Source: Rhodocyclaceae bacterium
GTDB lineage: Bacteria; Pseudomonadota; Gammaproteobacteria; Burkholderiales; Rhodocyclaceae
Length of the DNA: 64,000 nt
Direction: 5' to 3'
Assembly: GCA_047600765.1 (NCBI GenBank)
Contig: JASGKF010000002.1
Span: 1,226,344-1,290,343 of the forward strand
Made by a program: the position numbers and the translations under genes. A model generated the notes under the pieces. That model worked only from the letters and a program-made list of their open reading frames with translations, was not told the origin of the DNA and searched no databases. Of this stretch, positions 7,964 through 17,722 are shown one piece after another. How positions within the stretch are numbered: position 1 is the stretch's first letter; each line of letters begins with the position of its first letter.

Positions 7964-9526
7964 TTACGGAGCGAACACACCGGGACCCGCCGATGTGCTG
8001 GTCGGAGTCAGCTTTTCCGTTGTCGTGTTGTCGCCAATCTGGCCGTAACCGTTGCCACCCCAGCATTTCACGTCGCCGTTGTTCAGCAGGGCGCATGCGT
8101 GGGTTTGGCCCGCAGCGACCGCAATGACACCGCTGAGGTTGAGGGGGGTGGATGGCGTAGTTACAGGACCGGTTTTGGTGCCATTGCCGATCTGGCCATA
8201 GGTGTTGTCGCCCCAGCAACGCACCGTAAGGTCACTCAGCAGCGCACAGTTGAACTCATGGCCGCTGGCTATCTGGATGGCGCTGGTAATGCCCTCAACA
8301 AGCGTTGCGCCAGTCTGTGCCGGATACGTTGGCCAATTCGACGTCGAGGTCGTGCCCAGGGCGCCGTTGTTGTTGTCGCCCCAGCAGCGTATGGTGCCGT
8401 CAGCCAGTAGTGCGCAGCTGTGGGAATTGCCTACGCTGATTGCGACGACGCCAGACAACGTTGCGGTCGTCGTCTTGGTTGGCTGGATTTTGACCAGAAG
8501 CGGTGTCGCGCTGTTGGCGGGTGAGCCAAGCGCGGGAACAGTGTCGCTACCGTTGGGAGTGGTGTAACCGGCACCAAGCTGTCCTAGTGAATTGTTGCCC
8601 CAGCAGATGACGGTTGAATCGGCTTTCAGCGCACAGACGTGCCCCGCGGGACCGCTGCCCGCACCGTTACCCGTCGCAACTCTAGTGACGCCACTTACGC
8701 CGGTCACAATGGATGGCACAGAGGAGTTACCAAGTGGGGTGACACCCCAGCAGTACACATCACCCGCGGCGACCGCGCAATTGAAGTCCGAGGTGGAGCT
8801 CAGTGCTGTTGCTCCTGACAGGTTACTGACTTGCGTGGGCGGAACTTTCGATGTGCTGACGGAGCCGTTCCCGATGGAGCCTCCACCATTGCTCACGCCC
8901 CAACACCAGACCGATCCGCTCCCGGTCAGGGCGCAGGTACGGGCCAGTCCGGCTGTGATGGCCACAATGCCGGTGGGGGCGTTGTCGGCGGCGGTGGGGG
9001 CTGCTTTGTCGGTAGGCGTGGAGGTGTTGATGCCTAGTTGCCCGACCGTGCCTTGACCCCAGCACATGGGGACCAAGCCCGTACGTAGCGCACAGCTATG
9101 TCCGCCAGCGGCCGGGTTGGTGGACGCCTTGACTGTCACCGCCAGCCACTGCCGGGTGGCCACAGGTGCGGCACTCGACAAGGAAGAACTGACGCTCGAC
9201 GCGACCGAGCTTGAGGCCGCGCTGCTCGAAGCGACGCTGCTGCTGGATGAGGCTGCGCTGCTCGCGACCGAGCTTGAGCTGCTTGCTGCCGAGCTGCTTG
9301 AAGAGGCGGCTGGCGACGAGCTCGACGATGAGGATGCGACAGAGGCGCTGCTGGAAGAGCTGCTGGCCGGAGTGCCGCCACCTCCGGAGCCCGTGCTGGA
9401 TGTGGCCCCGGGTGCGGCTGTACCCACTGCGACACCGCCCCCGCCGCCGCCTCCACCACAGGCAGCCAGTGCAGCGCCGAAAGCCAGAATCAGTCCGAAG
9501 CGGGACAGAGTATTGGCAGATTGCAT
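7964..9526 (-). CDS. RCC1/BLIP-II-repeat beta-propeller lipoprotein with polyserine linker
   Basis: Lipobox LAAC (Cys23), Gly run, Ser-rich linker, then seven CWG repeats (e.g. VRCWGDNTYGQIGNG, VKCWGGNGYGQIGD) with upstream H[ST]C motifs. Confidence 0.85.
   Translation of the reverse strand: MQSANTLSRFGLILAFGAALAACGGGGGGGGVAVGTAAPGATSSTGSGGGGTPASSSSSSASVASSSSSSSPAASSSSSAASSSSSVASSAASSSSSVASSSAASSSVASSVSSSLSSAAPVATRQWLAVTVKASTNPAAGGHSCALRTGLVPMCWGQGTVGQLGINTSTPTDKAAPTAADNAPTGIVAITAGLARTCALTGSGSVWCWGVSNGGGSIGNGSVSTSKVPPTQVSNLSGATALSSTSDFNCAVAAGDVYCWGVTPLGNSSVPSIVTGVSGVTRVATGNGAGSGPAGHVCALKADSTVICWGNNSLGQLGAGYTTPNGSDTVPALGSPANSATPLLVKIQPTKTTTATLSGVVAISVGNSHSCALLADGTIRCWGDNNNGALGTTSTSNWPTYPAQTGATLVEGITSAIQIASGHEFNCALLSDLTVRCWGDNTYGQIGNGTKTGPVTTPSTPLNLSGVIAVAAGQTHACALLNNGDVKCWGGNGYGQIGDNTTTEKLTPTSTSAGPGVFAP
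9176..9364 (-). repeat. Low-complexity Ser/Ala repeat region (SSSSSVASSAA units)
   Basis: Residues about 55-117 of the RCC1 lipoprotein; repeated DNA unit GCGACCGAGCTTGAG on the plus strand. Confidence 0.85.
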
Positions 9527-9698
9527 GTCGATCTCTCTTGCTTTTGTAAGTGCCGGGATTGTGGCAGTGCGTTTTGAAAGCCGCTAGGGGCGTTCTGGCT
9601 TCAATGGCGGGATTTTCGACGTGCGGAGGCTGGTTTGTCGGACAGACGGGGTGCGGACGTGTGTCGAACCGCGCGCTGCGGCCCATCCGGGCACCGCT

Positions 9699-9714
9699 TG
9701 GCACGGGACATGCA
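9699..9714 (+). promoter_or_regulatory. Sigma54 promoter of the EPS/exosortase operon
   Basis: TGGCACGGGACATGCA gives GG-N10-GC, about 170 nt upstream of the export gene. Confidence 0.7.
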
Positions 9715-9885
9715 GCTACAATGCGCGCTCACCGCCCTTTATGTTGCAGCGTGGCATTTTTCCGCTTTCCGGGGGCGCTCTCTGGGTACCATGCCCCGGC
9801 TGTGGTGCCCGATAGCCGGGCTTCTGCGCGAGGCAGATGTCGGTTCATCGCGTTTCCATCCTGAATTGCTTGCTGGAGGTTGATC

Positions 9886-10503
9886 ATGTTTCGCACATTG
9901 AATCTGATGCGCATTCCGGGGGCGCTGCTGATTGCAGTCGCTCTGGTTGTCGCGGGTTGCAGCGGGCTGCCGCAAGCTCCGGCCGTCGCCTCGTCGGCGG
10001 ATTACAACTATGTCATTGGGCCGGGTGACTCTCTCAACATCGTTGTCTGGCGCAATCCGGAACTGTCGATGAATGTGCCGGTGCGTCCGGACGGTCGCAT
10101 CACGACGCCGCTGGTGGAAGACCTGCAGGCCAGTGGTAAAAGCGCCAAGGCGCTGGCTCGCGATATTGAGAAGCAACTCTCCAATTACATCCGCGATCCG
10201 GTCGTGACCGTCATCGTGACCAGCTTCGTGGGTGCTTACAGCGAGCAGATCCGCGTCGTTGGTGAGGCCTCGAAGCCGCAGGTACTGTCGTATCGCCAGA
10301 ACATGACCTTGCTCGACGTGATGATCGCCGTCGGTGGCCTGACGCAGTTCGCTGACGGCAACAACGCGACCATCTTGCGTACGGCTGAAGGCAACAAGCA
10401 GTACCGGGTGCGTCTGAAGGACTTGCTGAAGCGTGGCGATGTGTCTGCCAACGTGGAAGTGAAGCCGGGTGATGTGCTGGTGATCCCTGAAAGCTGGTTC
10501 TGA
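9886..10503 (+). CDS. XrtA-system polysaccharide export lipoprotein (Wza/EpsE-like)
   Basis: Lipobox VAGC, YVIGPGDSLNIVVW, VRPDGRITTPL, SLBB-type VKPGDVLVIPESWF; ATG 9886 follows GGAGG. Confidence 0.92.
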   Translation: MFRTLNLMRIPGALLIAVALVVAGCSGLPQAPAVASSADYNYVIGPGDSLNIVVWRNPELSMNVPVRPDGRITTPLVEDLQASGKSAKALARDIEKQLSNYIRDPVVTVIVTSFVGAYSEQIRVVGEASKPQVLSYRQNMTLLDVMIAVGGLTQFADGNNATILRTAEGNKQYRVRLKDLLKRGDVSANVEVKPGDVLVIPESWF

Positions 10504-10544
10504 CCACCGGCTGCATGCCGTCGTGAGTCCGTCGAGAGATCTGA

Positions 10545-12083
10545 ATGGATGAGTTGATCAGAAAGCTGGTGGGTTTCGCCCGGGGTGCTTGGCGTTACCG
10601 CTGGTGGGGCATGTTGCTGGCCTGGGTAGCCGGCATTGCGGGTGCCGTGGGTGTGTACCTGTTGCCAGACAAATATGAGGCATCGGCGCGTATCTATGTG
10701 GATACGCAATCCGTGCTGGCGCCGCTGATGGCGGGGCTGACCGTGCCCAACGACGTCAATCAGCAGGTGACGATGCTGTCAAAAACGCTGATCAGCCGTC
10801 CCAACGTCGAGAAACTGATCCGCATGGCGGACCTGGATCTCAATGCCAAAACGAAGAACCAGCGTGAAGAGCTGGTCGATCGTGTGACCAAGACCTTGAA
10901 GATCAGCAGCGTTGGCAAAGACAACCTGTACACGATCTCGTACATGGATGAGAAGCCGGATCGCGCCAAGCGCACCGTGCAGTCGCTGGTGTCGATCTTC
11001 ATCGAGTCAGGTCTGGGTGACAAGCGCAAGGATACGGAGTCGGCGCGTCGCTTCATCGAAGATCAGATCAAGAATTACGCTGACAAGCTGGACGAAGCCG
11101 AGACCCGTTTGAAGGAGTTCAAACTCAAGAACCTGGCTTTGCTGGGTGACTCTGCCAAGGACACGATAGGCACGATGCGTGAGATCGGCGATCGTCTGCG
11201 TCAGGCCCAGCTGGAGCTGCGTGAGGCTGAAAACTCGCGTGATGCGATCAAGAAGCAGTTGGCGGGCGAGCATCCGGGTGGGGCCAGCAGCGAGCCCGAC
11301 AAGCCGAGCACGCCGGAACTGGATAGCCGTATCGATAGCCTCAAGAAACAGCTGGACGATCTGCTGCGCAACTACACGGACAAGCATCCGGATGTTCAGG
11401 GTACCCGCCGCGTGCTGGCTGAGCTGGAGCGTCAGCGTGCTGACGAGATCAAGGCCAAGAAGGCTGCTGCGACATCGACTACCGGGGTGAATGCAACCAA
11501 TCCGGTGTATCAGCAACTGAAAATCTCGCTGACCGATGCAGAAGCGCGCGTGGCGCAGCTGAAGACGCGTGCGGGTGAGTATTCGGCTCGTTCGACACAG
11601 GCGCAGGAAATGATGCGCATGGCGCCGCAGATCGAGCAGGAGCTGGCTCAGCTCAATCGTGACTACGAGATCCACAAGAAAGAATACGACCAGCTCGTCG
11701 GGCGCCGCGAGTCGGCCAACATGTCGGCGCAGATGGAGTCGGTCGCAGGTGTGGCGGACTTTCGCCTGATCGATCCGCCTTCCGTGCCGAGCAAGCCGTC
11801 TGCGCCCAACCGCATCATGCTGATGCCCATTGTGGGATTCCTTGCGTTGGGTGTGGGGCTGGTGCTGTCCATCCTGCTGGATCAGATCCGTCCGGCATTC
11901 TTCGACAGTCGCGTGCTGCGTGAAACAACAGGATTGCCCATTCTGGGTTCGGTGTCGGTAACGCCGAGCCCGGACCGCAAGCAGCGTGAGCGTCGTGCGA
12001 AGTGGTTGTTCATGGGGGCGACGGCATCCTTGCTATCGCTGCATATGGGTTTGACCGTCGTGATGATCTGGCTTGGCCGTTAG
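10545..12083 (+). CDS. XrtA-system polysaccharide chain-length determinant (Wzc N-part)
   Basis: Two TM helices flanking a long coiled-coil periplasmic region; FRLIDPPSVPSKPSAPNR motif. Confidence 0.9.
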   Translation: MDELIRKLVGFARGAWRYRWWGMLLAWVAGIAGAVGVYLLPDKYEASARIYVDTQSVLAPLMAGLTVPNDVNQQVTMLSKTLISRPNVEKLIRMADLDLNAKTKNQREELVDRVTKTLKISSVGKDNLYTISYMDEKPDRAKRTVQSLVSIFIESGLGDKRKDTESARRFIEDQIKNYADKLDEAETRLKEFKLKNLALLGDSAKDTIGTMREIGDRLRQAQLELREAENSRDAIKKQLAGEHPGGASSEPDKPSTPELDSRIDSLKKQLDDLLRNYTDKHPDVQGTRRVLAELERQRADEIKAKKAAATSTTGVNATNPVYQQLKISLTDAEARVAQLKTRAGEYSARSTQAQEMMRMAPQIEQELAQLNRDYEIHKKEYDQLVGRRESANMSAQMESVAGVADFRLIDPPSVPSKPSAPNRIMLMPIVGFLALGVGLVLSILLDQIRPAFFDSRVLRETTGLPILGSVSVTPSPDRKQRERRAKWLFMGATASLLSLHMGLTVVMIWLGR

Positions 12084-12092
12084 GAGCGTCGA

Positions 12093-13049
12093 GTGAGTCT
12101 GATTGAAAAAGCGGTCGAACGTCTCGACCAACTCAAGCGTGCTGGTGTCACGCCGCCTCCGGATGTCGGTGCTGTGGCCGCCGAGGCGCCGCGTAATGTG
12201 CCGGCCGCTCCGCAGCCTGCCGCTGCCGCGCCTGCTGTGCAGCCCCAGTCGGCGCCTGTTGTCGATGCTGACATGGCGAACCGCGCGAGCGCGCAGAGCA
12301 AGTCCATCACGATCGACCTGGCTCGGCTTGGCGCCATGGGCATGGTCAGTCCGCTCAATACGCGGTCGATGATTGCCGAGGAATATCGCGTCATCAAACG
12401 TCCGCTGCTGCGCAACGCCGCGGAGCCCACCAGTGGCGCGCATCGCAACCTCATCATGGTGACCAGCTCGGTGCCGGGCGAGGGCAAGAGCTTCAGCTCG
12501 ATCAATCTCGCCATCAGCATGGCCATGGAGCTCGACCGCACCGTGTTGCTGGTCGATGCCGACGTCTCGCGCCCTTCGGTGCTCAACCACCTTGGCCTGC
12601 CACCTGCGCCGGGCCTGATGGATGTGCTGCTGTTGACGGATCGTTCGGTGGATCTGCCGGACGTGATGCTGCGAACGAACATCGAGAAGCTGAGCATTTT
12701 GCCGGCAGGTATGCCGCACCAGCGCGCTACCGAATTCCTTGCCAGCGATGCCATGGTCAAGCTGGTCGACGAACTGGCTACGCGCTATCCGGACCGTATC
12801 ATCGTGTTTGATTCGCCCCCCTTGCTGATGACCACGGAAGCCCGTGTGCTCGCCAATCACATGGGGCAGGTCGTCATCGTTGTCGAAGCGGGACGTACGA
12901 CCCAGTCCATGGTGCGTCAGGCGCTCGCGACCATCGAGCAATGCCCGTTGCGCATGATGCTGCTCAACAAGACGCGGGACATCGGGCCTGGCGGCTACTA
13001 CGGCTATTACTCGCCCTATGGTTACGGTAGCCAAGAGCGTGAGCACTGA
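12093..13049 (+). CDS. XrtA-associated tyrosine autokinase (BY-kinase)
   Basis: Walker A GEGKS, VLLVDAD, IIVFDSPPLL and a C-terminal Tyr cluster YYGYYSPYGYG. Confidence 0.92.
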   Translation: MSLIEKAVERLDQLKRAGVTPPPDVGAVAAEAPRNVPAAPQPAAAAPAVQPQSAPVVDADMANRASAQSKSITIDLARLGAMGMVSPLNTRSMIAEEYRVIKRPLLRNAAEPTSGAHRNLIMVTSSVPGEGKSFSSINLAISMAMELDRTVLLVDADVSRPSVLNHLGLPPAPGLMDVLLLTDRSVDLPDVMLRTNIEKLSILPAGMPHQRATEFLASDAMVKLVDELATRYPDRIIVFDSPPLLMTTEARVLANHMGQVVIVVEAGRTTQSMVRQALATIEQCPLRMMLLNKTRDIGPGGYYGYYSPYGYGSQEREH

Positions 13050-14595
13050 GCATCGACGTGCTGCGCGAGGGATGCTGGCGCTGGCAATGTTGCTGACGCC
13101 GACGGCGCTCGTGCATGCGCAGTGGCGCACCACGACCGGCATCGATCTTGGTGAGACCTACTCTGATAACGTCAATCGCCAGTCGCCTTCACGTGCGCAG
13201 GAGAACTGGGGCACGGAGATTTCGCCCTGGCTGCGTGGAGCAGGGCAGAGCGCACGTCTGACAGGATCGCTGGATCTGCGCGTGCAGAACTGGATCAATT
13301 CCAACACGGCCAATCGCAGCGCCTTGCGTGGCAGTACGAACGGTACGCTCGCGCTTATAGAAGATCATCTGGACGTGGATGGCGGGGCGAGCCGGGATCG
13401 TCAGCAGGTGTCGCAGTTTGCGGCGCCTGATGCGAGCTATGCCGCGCCATCCAACAGTACGGAAGTGACGCGCACCTGGGTGTCGCCGGCGTTGTACACA
13501 CGCTTTGGCAATGCGGGCTACGCGGCTGCGCGCTACCGTTTCGAGAATGTCGACTCCGAGCGCACCGAGCTTTCGGGGCAGAACAGTACGGCCACACTGG
13601 ATATCGCCAACGGTGCCGCTTTCGGTCGTCTGGGCTGGGGGTTTTCCGGGCGTCACTACAGCACTACGGCCAAGGCGACGCAGGCGACCAGCAGCGACAG
13701 CTACAACGGCAGTCTTACCTATGCCGTGACGCCCGAAATGACAGCTACGCTGTTTGGCGGACAGGAATTCAACGATTACGCCGGTGGCCAGCGTCAGCAC
13801 ACCTGGAACTGGGGTGCTGGTTTGAAGTGGCAGCCCACCGAGCGCACCACCCTGAACGCGCAAACCACCAAGCGGTTTTTCGGGCGGGGATTCTCGTATG
13901 GCGTAAGCCAGCGCTGGCGCCGTTCGGTGTTCGACTGGAGTTATGAGCGCGACGTGAACTCCTTCTCCAACACGGCCGCGACAAACGGGTTGGCAGTGAA
14001 TCCTGAGGTCTATACCGTTTACTTTGCCCAGTACCAGGCGGCGTTGGCCAAGGTGTCCAGCTCGGTGACGGATCCTGTGCAGAAGGAACTGCTGGCCCTG
14101 CTGATCCTGCAAGGGGAGGGAGTGCCTGTCTTTGTGGCCAATACCAAGGGCTATCTGTCCAGCCAGACCTACACGGACAAGCGCATGCGCCTTTCCTGGC
14201 GCCTGGAAGGGCAGCGTAACCTGATCAGTCTGTCGGGCTATACGTCGGATCGCGAGACCCTGACGCAACAGATCCTGACGAGTTCGGCCACGGGATCATC
14301 CGATGATCTGATCCAGTTCTCGCGCGTCAAGCAACGAGGCTGGAATGTCGACTGGCGTCATGACCTGTCAGCCCGGACTTCAACGGGGTTGCGCTATGGC
14401 TATACCGATACCAGCGGTTACGCCAACAACGGTGCGCGGACGACGACCCACGTATCGACCTGGGGGCTGTCGCTGTCGAACAGACTGGGCGTCAACACGA
14501 CGGGCATCCTGGGCTACACCCACACTCAATCGCGGGGGGCGAACGCGGACTATCGCGAAAACGCCATTTCCGCGACGCTCAGTCATCGCTTTTGA
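13039..14595 (+). CDS. PEP-CTERM system-associated outer-membrane beta-barrel (TIGR03016-like)
   Basis: Signal peptide, ETYSDNV motif, amphipathic strands, terminal Phe (LSHRF) and canonical position in the locus; start uncertain (13018 or 13039). Confidence 0.8.
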   Translation: MSTEHRRAARGMLALAMLLTPTALVHAQWRTTTGIDLGETYSDNVNRQSPSRAQENWGTEISPWLRGAGQSARLTGSLDLRVQNWINSNTANRSALRGSTNGTLALIEDHLDVDGGASRDRQQVSQFAAPDASYAAPSNSTEVTRTWVSPALYTRFGNAGYAAARYRFENVDSERTELSGQNSTATLDIANGAAFGRLGWGFSGRHYSTTAKATQATSSDSYNGSLTYAVTPEMTATLFGGQEFNDYAGGQRQHTWNWGAGLKWQPTERTTLNAQTTKRFFGRGFSYGVSQRWRRSVFDWSYERDVNSFSNTAATNGLAVNPEVYTVYFAQYQAALAKVSSSVTDPVQKELLALLILQGEGVPVFVANTKGYLSSQTYTDKRMRLSWRLEGQRNLISLSGYTSDRETLTQQILTSSATGSSDDLIQFSRVKQRGWNVDWRHDLSARTSTGLRYGYTDTSGYANNGARTTTHVSTWGLSLSNRLGVNTTGILGYTHTQSRGANADYRENAISATLSHRF

Positions 14596-14648
14596 GGATG
14601 ACCGCATGAAACCATCCATCCGCAATCTGGCTGTCACGAGGGGCTGTC

Positions 14649-15782
14649 ATGTATGAGTCGTTCTATGGCCTGAGCGGCCGGCCGTTCCAGCTCAATCCTG
14701 ACCCGGCTTTCTATTACGGCAGCCGCGGGCACCGCCGTGCGATGGCTTACCTCGAGTACGGCCTGCACCAGAACGAGGGCTTCATCGTCATCACCGGCGA
14801 GGTGGGAGCGGGCAAGACCACGCTGGTGCGCAGCCTGTTGCAGAAACTGGAGCAGACCAAGGTGGTGGCCGCGCATCTCGTCAGCACGCAGCTTGATGCG
14901 GATGACATCCTGCGTCTGGTGGCGGCTTCGTTTGGCATCCCGTCCAAGGGGCTGGAGAAGGCCGACGTGCTGCTGGCGCTGGAGGCCTTCCTGGTTTCGG
15001 TGACGGCTTCGGGCAAGCGTGCGCTGCTGATCGTCGACGAAGCGCAGAACCTGACGCCGCACGCGGTGGAAGAGCTGCGCATGCTGTCGAACTTCCAGCT
15101 TGAAGACCATGCACTGCTGCAGAGCTTCCTGGTGGGTCAGCCGGAATTCCGCGACACCATGCAGAGCCCGCACATGTCGCAGCTGCGCCAGCGTGTCATC
15201 GCGACCTATCACCTCGGCCCGATGGATGCCGATGAGACCAGGGCCTATATCGAACACCGCCTGAAGCACGTGAACTGGGCGGGCGATCCGCGCATCGAGC
15301 CGTCCGCTTTCGCGATGATCCATAGCTTCACGGGTGGTGTGCCGCGCAAGATCAACACGCTTTGCGACCGTCTGCTGCTGGCAGGCTTCCTGACGGAAAG
15401 CCATGTGCTGGCCGAGGCCCAGGTCAACGAGGTCATCCGCGAGATCCGCGAAGAAGCGCCGGAGCGTGAGAGCGCTCAGCATGCCATGCCGCCCCTGCAG
15501 GCCAACCGCGCACCGCTGCCTTCGCATGCCGCGGCAGCCGATGCACTGTCAGGGCTGGGCCGCATCGACCCGCAGAGTGTGCTGGGCGACCCTGGCCTGT
15601 TGCGTCTGATGGCGGATGCGGCTGCGGGCTTTCAGGCATCCCGTCTCGAAGAGCGCGTGGCCAAACTCGAAAATGCTTTCGCAGCGCTTGTCACATTGAT
15701 GCAGCAAGCTTCGGCTGCCGCGCAGCCACCGTCGAACGTGGCGCCCCTGAAGACTGACAAGCGCGCAGCCAAGGGAGGCTGA
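14649..15782 (+). CDS. XrtA/PEP-CTERM-associated ExeA-like AAA ATPase
   Basis: MYESFYGLSGRPFQLNPDP, Walker A GEVGAGKT, Walker B IVDEAQNL. Confidence 0.92.
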   Translation: MYESFYGLSGRPFQLNPDPAFYYGSRGHRRAMAYLEYGLHQNEGFIVITGEVGAGKTTLVRSLLQKLEQTKVVAAHLVSTQLDADDILRLVAASFGIPSKGLEKADVLLALEAFLVSVTASGKRALLIVDEAQNLTPHAVEELRMLSNFQLEDHALLQSFLVGQPEFRDTMQSPHMSQLRQRVIATYHLGPMDADETRAYIEHRLKHVNWAGDPRIEPSAFAMIHSFTGGVPRKINTLCDRLLLAGFLTESHVLAEAQVNEVIREIREEAPERESAQHAMPPLQANRAPLPSHAAAADALSGLGRIDPQSVLGDPGLLRLMADAAAGFQASRLEERVAKLENAFAALVTLMQQASAAAQPPSNVAPLKTDKRAAKGG

Positions 15783-15788
15783 CCAGAT

Positions 15789-16658
15789 ATGAACGCCCGC
15801 AACCGAATCCAATTGCCGACCAACGCCCTGTCGATCGACGTCGAGGACTACTTCCAGGTGTCCGCACTGGCAGGACAGTTTCCGCGTGGTGGCTGGGAAA
15901 CCGTGCCGTGCCGCATCGAACGCAACATGGACCTGATTCTTGCCGTGCTGCACGAGCATGGCGTCAAGGCCACCTTCTTCACGCTGGGCTGGATCGCTGA
16001 GCGTTACCCGAAGCTGGTCCGCCTCATTGTCATGGAAGGCCACGAGTTGGCCAGTCACGGTTACGGCCACGAACGCGCCAGCGACCAGACGCGCGGCGCT
16101 TTCTCGGCGGACGTGCAGCTTGCCAAGGCGGTGCTGGAAGACATCGGCGGCGTCGAGGTGAAGGGCTATCGCGCACCGAGTTTCTCGTTCAGCGACAAGA
16201 ATCCGTGGGCGCATGAGTGCCTGGCTGCCGCGGGTTACCAGTACAGCTCCAGCGTCTATCCCGTGGTGCATGACCATTACGGCATGCCCGATTCGCCGCG
16301 CTTCACCTACAAGCACCCCAGTGGCATCGTCGAGATTCCGGTGACGACGACGCGCTTCATGGGGCGCAACCTGCCGGCGGGTGGTGGTGGCTATTTCCGT
16401 TTCCTGCCCTATGCGGCATCGCGCTGGATGATCCGCCGCGTGAACAAGCAAGACGCACAGTCCGCGATCTTCTACTTCCATCCCTGGGAGCTGGACCCGG
16501 ACCAGCCTCGCGTGCATGACGCACCGGCCAAGTCCCGCTTCCGCCATTACATCAACCTCGACAAGACCGAAGCGCGCCTGCGCCGCCTGCTGAGCGACTT
16601 CCACTGGGGCCGCGTCGACGAGGTGTTCCTCAATCCCGCATTGGCCATCGCGGCCTGA
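15789..16658 (+). CDS. XrtA-system polysaccharide deacetylase
   Basis: SIDVEDYFQV, ATFFTLGW, HELASHGYGH, GYRAPSFS and FYFHPWELD motifs. Confidence 0.92.
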   Translation: MNARNRIQLPTNALSIDVEDYFQVSALAGQFPRGGWETVPCRIERNMDLILAVLHEHGVKATFFTLGWIAERYPKLVRLIVMEGHELASHGYGHERASDQTRGAFSADVQLAKAVLEDIGGVEVKGYRAPSFSFSDKNPWAHECLAAAGYQYSSSVYPVVHDHYGMPDSPRFTYKHPSGIVEIPVTTTRFMGRNLPAGGGGYFRFLPYAASRWMIRRVNKQDAQSAIFYFHPWELDPDQPRVHDAPAKSRFRHYINLDKTEARLRRLLSDFHWGRVDEVFLNPALAIAA

Positions 16659-16669
16659 GTCTTTCCTTC

Positions 16670-17719
16670 ATGAGCCACAACGAGCCAGGCGGGCTGCGCG
16701 TCCGCAGCCTGCAAGACAGTGATTGCCCGCGCTGGGACGAATTCGTGCGCGCTTGCCCGCAGGCCACGTTCTTTCACCTGTCTGCCTGGGAGCGATTGAT
16801 CCGCGAGGTCTGGCGGCATCGCTGTTACTACCTCTATGCCGAGCGTGGCAACGAGATAGTTGCCGTGCTGCCCCTTGTCGAGATCAAGAGCGCACTGTTC
16901 GGTCATTCGCTGAGCTCGCTGCCTTTCGCAGTGTACGGCGGCATCGCCGGTGATGACGCCGAAGCACGCGCTGCACTGGAGGCGAAGGCCGATGCGTTGG
17001 CACGCGAGCTGGGCGTCTCGCACCTCGAATACCGCAACATGCAGCCGGTGCATGCCGACTGGCCCAGCCAGGACATCTACGTGATGTTCCGCAAAGAGAT
17101 GGCGGCGGACGAAGAGGCCAACATGCTGGCGATTCCGCGCAAGCAGCGGGCCATGGTGCGCAAGGGGCTGCAGAACGGCTTGGTCGCGACCATCGACGAT
17201 GGCGTGGATCGCTTCTTCTCTGTGTATGCCGACAACGTGCGTCGCCACGGCACACCGGCCATGTCGAAGCGCTGGTTCCGCGCGCTGCGAGAAGCTTTCG
17301 GCAAGGATTGCGATGTGTTGACGGTGACGGACGCGAACGGTCAGTTGCTGTCGAGTGTGCTGAGCTTCTACTTCCGCGACGAGATCCTGCCGTACTACGC
17401 GGGCGACATGCCGGCGGCGCGTGGCCTCGCGGCCAACGACTTCAAGTATTGGGAACTGATGCGCCATGCACTGGCGCGTGGTTGCAAGGTGTTTGACTAC
17501 GGTCGCAGCAAGGTCGGCACCGGTCCCTACAGTTTCAAGAAGAACTGGGGCTTCGAGCCGGTAACGATGTCGTACGAGTACGTGCTCTACAAGGGCGACA
17601 GCATTCCGCAGAACAACCCGAACAATCCAAAGTTCCGCGCCTTCATCGCCATGTGGCAACGCCTGCCGCTGGTGGTGGCGAACACGCTGGGGCCGCACAT
17701 CGTGCGCAACCTTGGGTAA
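16670..17719 (+). CDS. FemAB-like (GNAT) XrtA-system protein
   Basis: ATFFHLSAW, SLPFAVYGG, RKQRAMVRKG, FDYGRSKVGTG, FKKNWG motifs. Confidence 0.9.
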   Translation: MSHNEPGGLRVRSLQDSDCPRWDEFVRACPQATFFHLSAWERLIREVWRHRCYYLYAERGNEIVAVLPLVEIKSALFGHSLSSLPFAVYGGIAGDDAEARAALEAKADALARELGVSHLEYRNMQPVHADWPSQDIYVMFRKEMAADEEANMLAIPRKQRAMVRKGLQNGLVATIDDGVDRFFSVYADNVRRHGTPAMSKRWFRALREAFGKDCDVLTVTDANGQLLSSVLSFYFRDEILPYYAGDMPAARGLAANDFKYWELMRHALARGCKVFDYGRSKVGTGPYSFKKNWGFEPVTMSYEYVLYKGDSIPQNNPNNPKFRAFIAMWQRLPLVVANTLGPHIVRNLG

Positions 17720-17722
17720 GCC

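Noticed and set aside
9176-9364. CRISPR-like or mobile repeat array
   Set aside because: The repeats are in-frame codon repeats of a Ser/Ala linker with no spacers; no CRISPR array or cas gene is seen in the window.
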